A stretch of 64,000 nucleotides of DNA from Yuukianura sp. NJ FZ-2021. Its lineage: Eukaryota. The notes beneath the pieces were generated by a model. It did no database searches. It was not told the DNA's origin and worked only from the letters and a program-made list of their open reading frames with translations. Position numbers and translations under genes: made by a program. Location of the stretch: NCBI GenBank assembly GCA_046563655.1, contig JAJCTO010000009.1, forward strand, positions 930,001 to 994,000. The letters are read 5' to 3'. How positions within the stretch are numbered: position 1 is the first letter of the stretch; the number at the start of each line of letters is the position of its first letter. Of this stretch, positions 62,461 through 64,000 are shown one piece after another.

Positions 62461-64000
62461 CACTTTTTATGATTCCACGAGTTTATTTTATTGCACTTTC
62501 TAAAAAAAATGGCAGAGGATTTTAAAACATTTTGCGACCAGCCACTCCCATTGGTGGGACTAGGCCATTTTTGAACGACATGTCGACCAATCAGAAGCGA
62601 GCTGCACGCCCATTGGCTGAAAATTGGTATAGGCCTTGGGATTTTGACCAATCAAATTGCAGCAATGTACTGGCCACGCCCACTGATGCAACGACTCGTC
62701 GACCAATCAGAAGCGAGATGGACGCCAAATGGCTGAAATTGGTTTACAGGTTGGGATTTTACCAAGCAAATTTCAGTATTTTACTGGCAAAGCCCTCTGG
62801 GGCAGCAACAAGTCGACCAATCAAAAGCGAGCTGGACGCCAATTGGCTGAAATTGATACACGGGCTGGGATTTTGACCAATCAAATTTCAGTATTGTACT
62901 AGCCACGCCCTCTGGGGCAACAACACGTCGACCAATCAGAAGTCAGGTTGACGCACTTTATCGTCAAACTCGAGGGATTTGAACGTCCTTGGGCAGTTGA
63001 CTTGCGATAAAGCTATTTCCTGCCCATTCAAAACGACTAGTATGTGTAGTTTTGAAGGACTAGCGGACCAATAGTAAACGAGGTTGACGTCTAGCGGCAG
63101 AAATTAGTCGGTGAGATTTGTGATTTTGAAAAAACCAATACCAAAATGAGCACTGGGTGTCGTATAAACTTGCGTACCAACACTCCACGGATCATAAGCA
63201 ACTAGATGGAAACGCTGACTAGTCAAATTGTAGCATTGAAATGGTTACGCAATGCTTTTGCGGTGAGTGAACCGTTATTCACTCGGCGAAAAGCTAGAAG
63301 GCAGACCTCCCACCATTGCCCTTGTGCTTGCAATTGTTTATATTGGAAATAGGTTTGTATTTTGTACACGAGTCAATCAACTCACAATGTCAAAAGTTCC
63401 CATTGCTTGAACTTGTCGTACGTTTTTTTAAATAAGTTTGCTTTTTGTACACGAGTCAATCAACTCACAAGGTCAAAAGTTTTCATTGATTGAACTTGTC
63501 GTAAGTTTTTTTCGTGCATTCTAATTAGCGATCGCGACACGGAAGTATTCGGCAATTAAAAACCGCAAACGTGCAAGACGAACCGTAGGTTAGGTCTTGT
63601 GTCATTTCAAAATATTTTCGAAAGATGTTTAGAAAGGAACCTGATGTTTACAAAGAAACATTTTTGAGAATTTACTATTTAAAAAGTTTCCGAGAGAGAT
63701 AGCTTCCGGGAAAGTAGTATTTTCAAACACAAAAAAAAATTAAGAACCAAATTAAATGCCAAGTTTAAAATGAGCCCAAGCTACAAAAAAAAAACTAAAA
63801 AGTTGTATAAAAGTGCAAAGAGGAGAGGATTTTTCAGGTAGGTACTTGCACGAAAACCACAAAACCGCAAAATATTTTCTTAAAATTATTTTTAAAAACT
63901 AATTAAGCACCTAAACCTACAGTGAGCATGGACAAAAACGAAATATAAAAAGTTGCACAAAAGTGCAAAAAGAAAAACCAAAAGTGCAAAAGTAAACGGG
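62461..64000. repeat. Right arm of the long inverted repeat, cut by the window edge
   Basis: Reverse complement of 58165-59708. Confidence 0.97.

Noticed and set aside
58165..64000. The inverted arms as the TIRs of the main Maverick
   Set aside because: They enclose only about 2.75 kb, exclude the core genes, and do not match the 29371 terminus.

Overview
Eukaryotic DNA, AT-rich with short introns, probably from an invertebrate (inference). The first 29.4 kb is a tandem satellite of about 54 monomers of 543-544 bp. Each monomer is built from ~155-bp sub-repeats plus a decayed LTR-retrotransposon integrase fragment, and the array carries a solo LTR. At 29371 the satellite breaks onto AGTAGT, the typical Maverick/Polinton terminus. 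I infer that the rest of the window is one Maverick. It holds intron-containing accessory genes (G-patch-like, RING-H2, F-box/LRR-like, small unknown) and a core module (adenain protease, major and minor capsid, small structural ORFs, integrase, PC4-like). The F-box gene is split at a TTAA by a complete intron-containing piggyBac. That piggyBac contains a young Ty3/Gypsy element with an unusual third ORF, and a foldback element with a Tc1-type MITE at its centre. The window ends in a cassette of >=1.5-kb near-identical inverted repeats enclosing only a second, divergent major capsid gene and a basic-protein gene, a candidate capsid-only satellite element of Mavericks. No pPolB or packaging ATPase lies in the window. 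Many single-base frameshifts look like assembly errors. All family calls come from motif recognition by eye; no searches were run.
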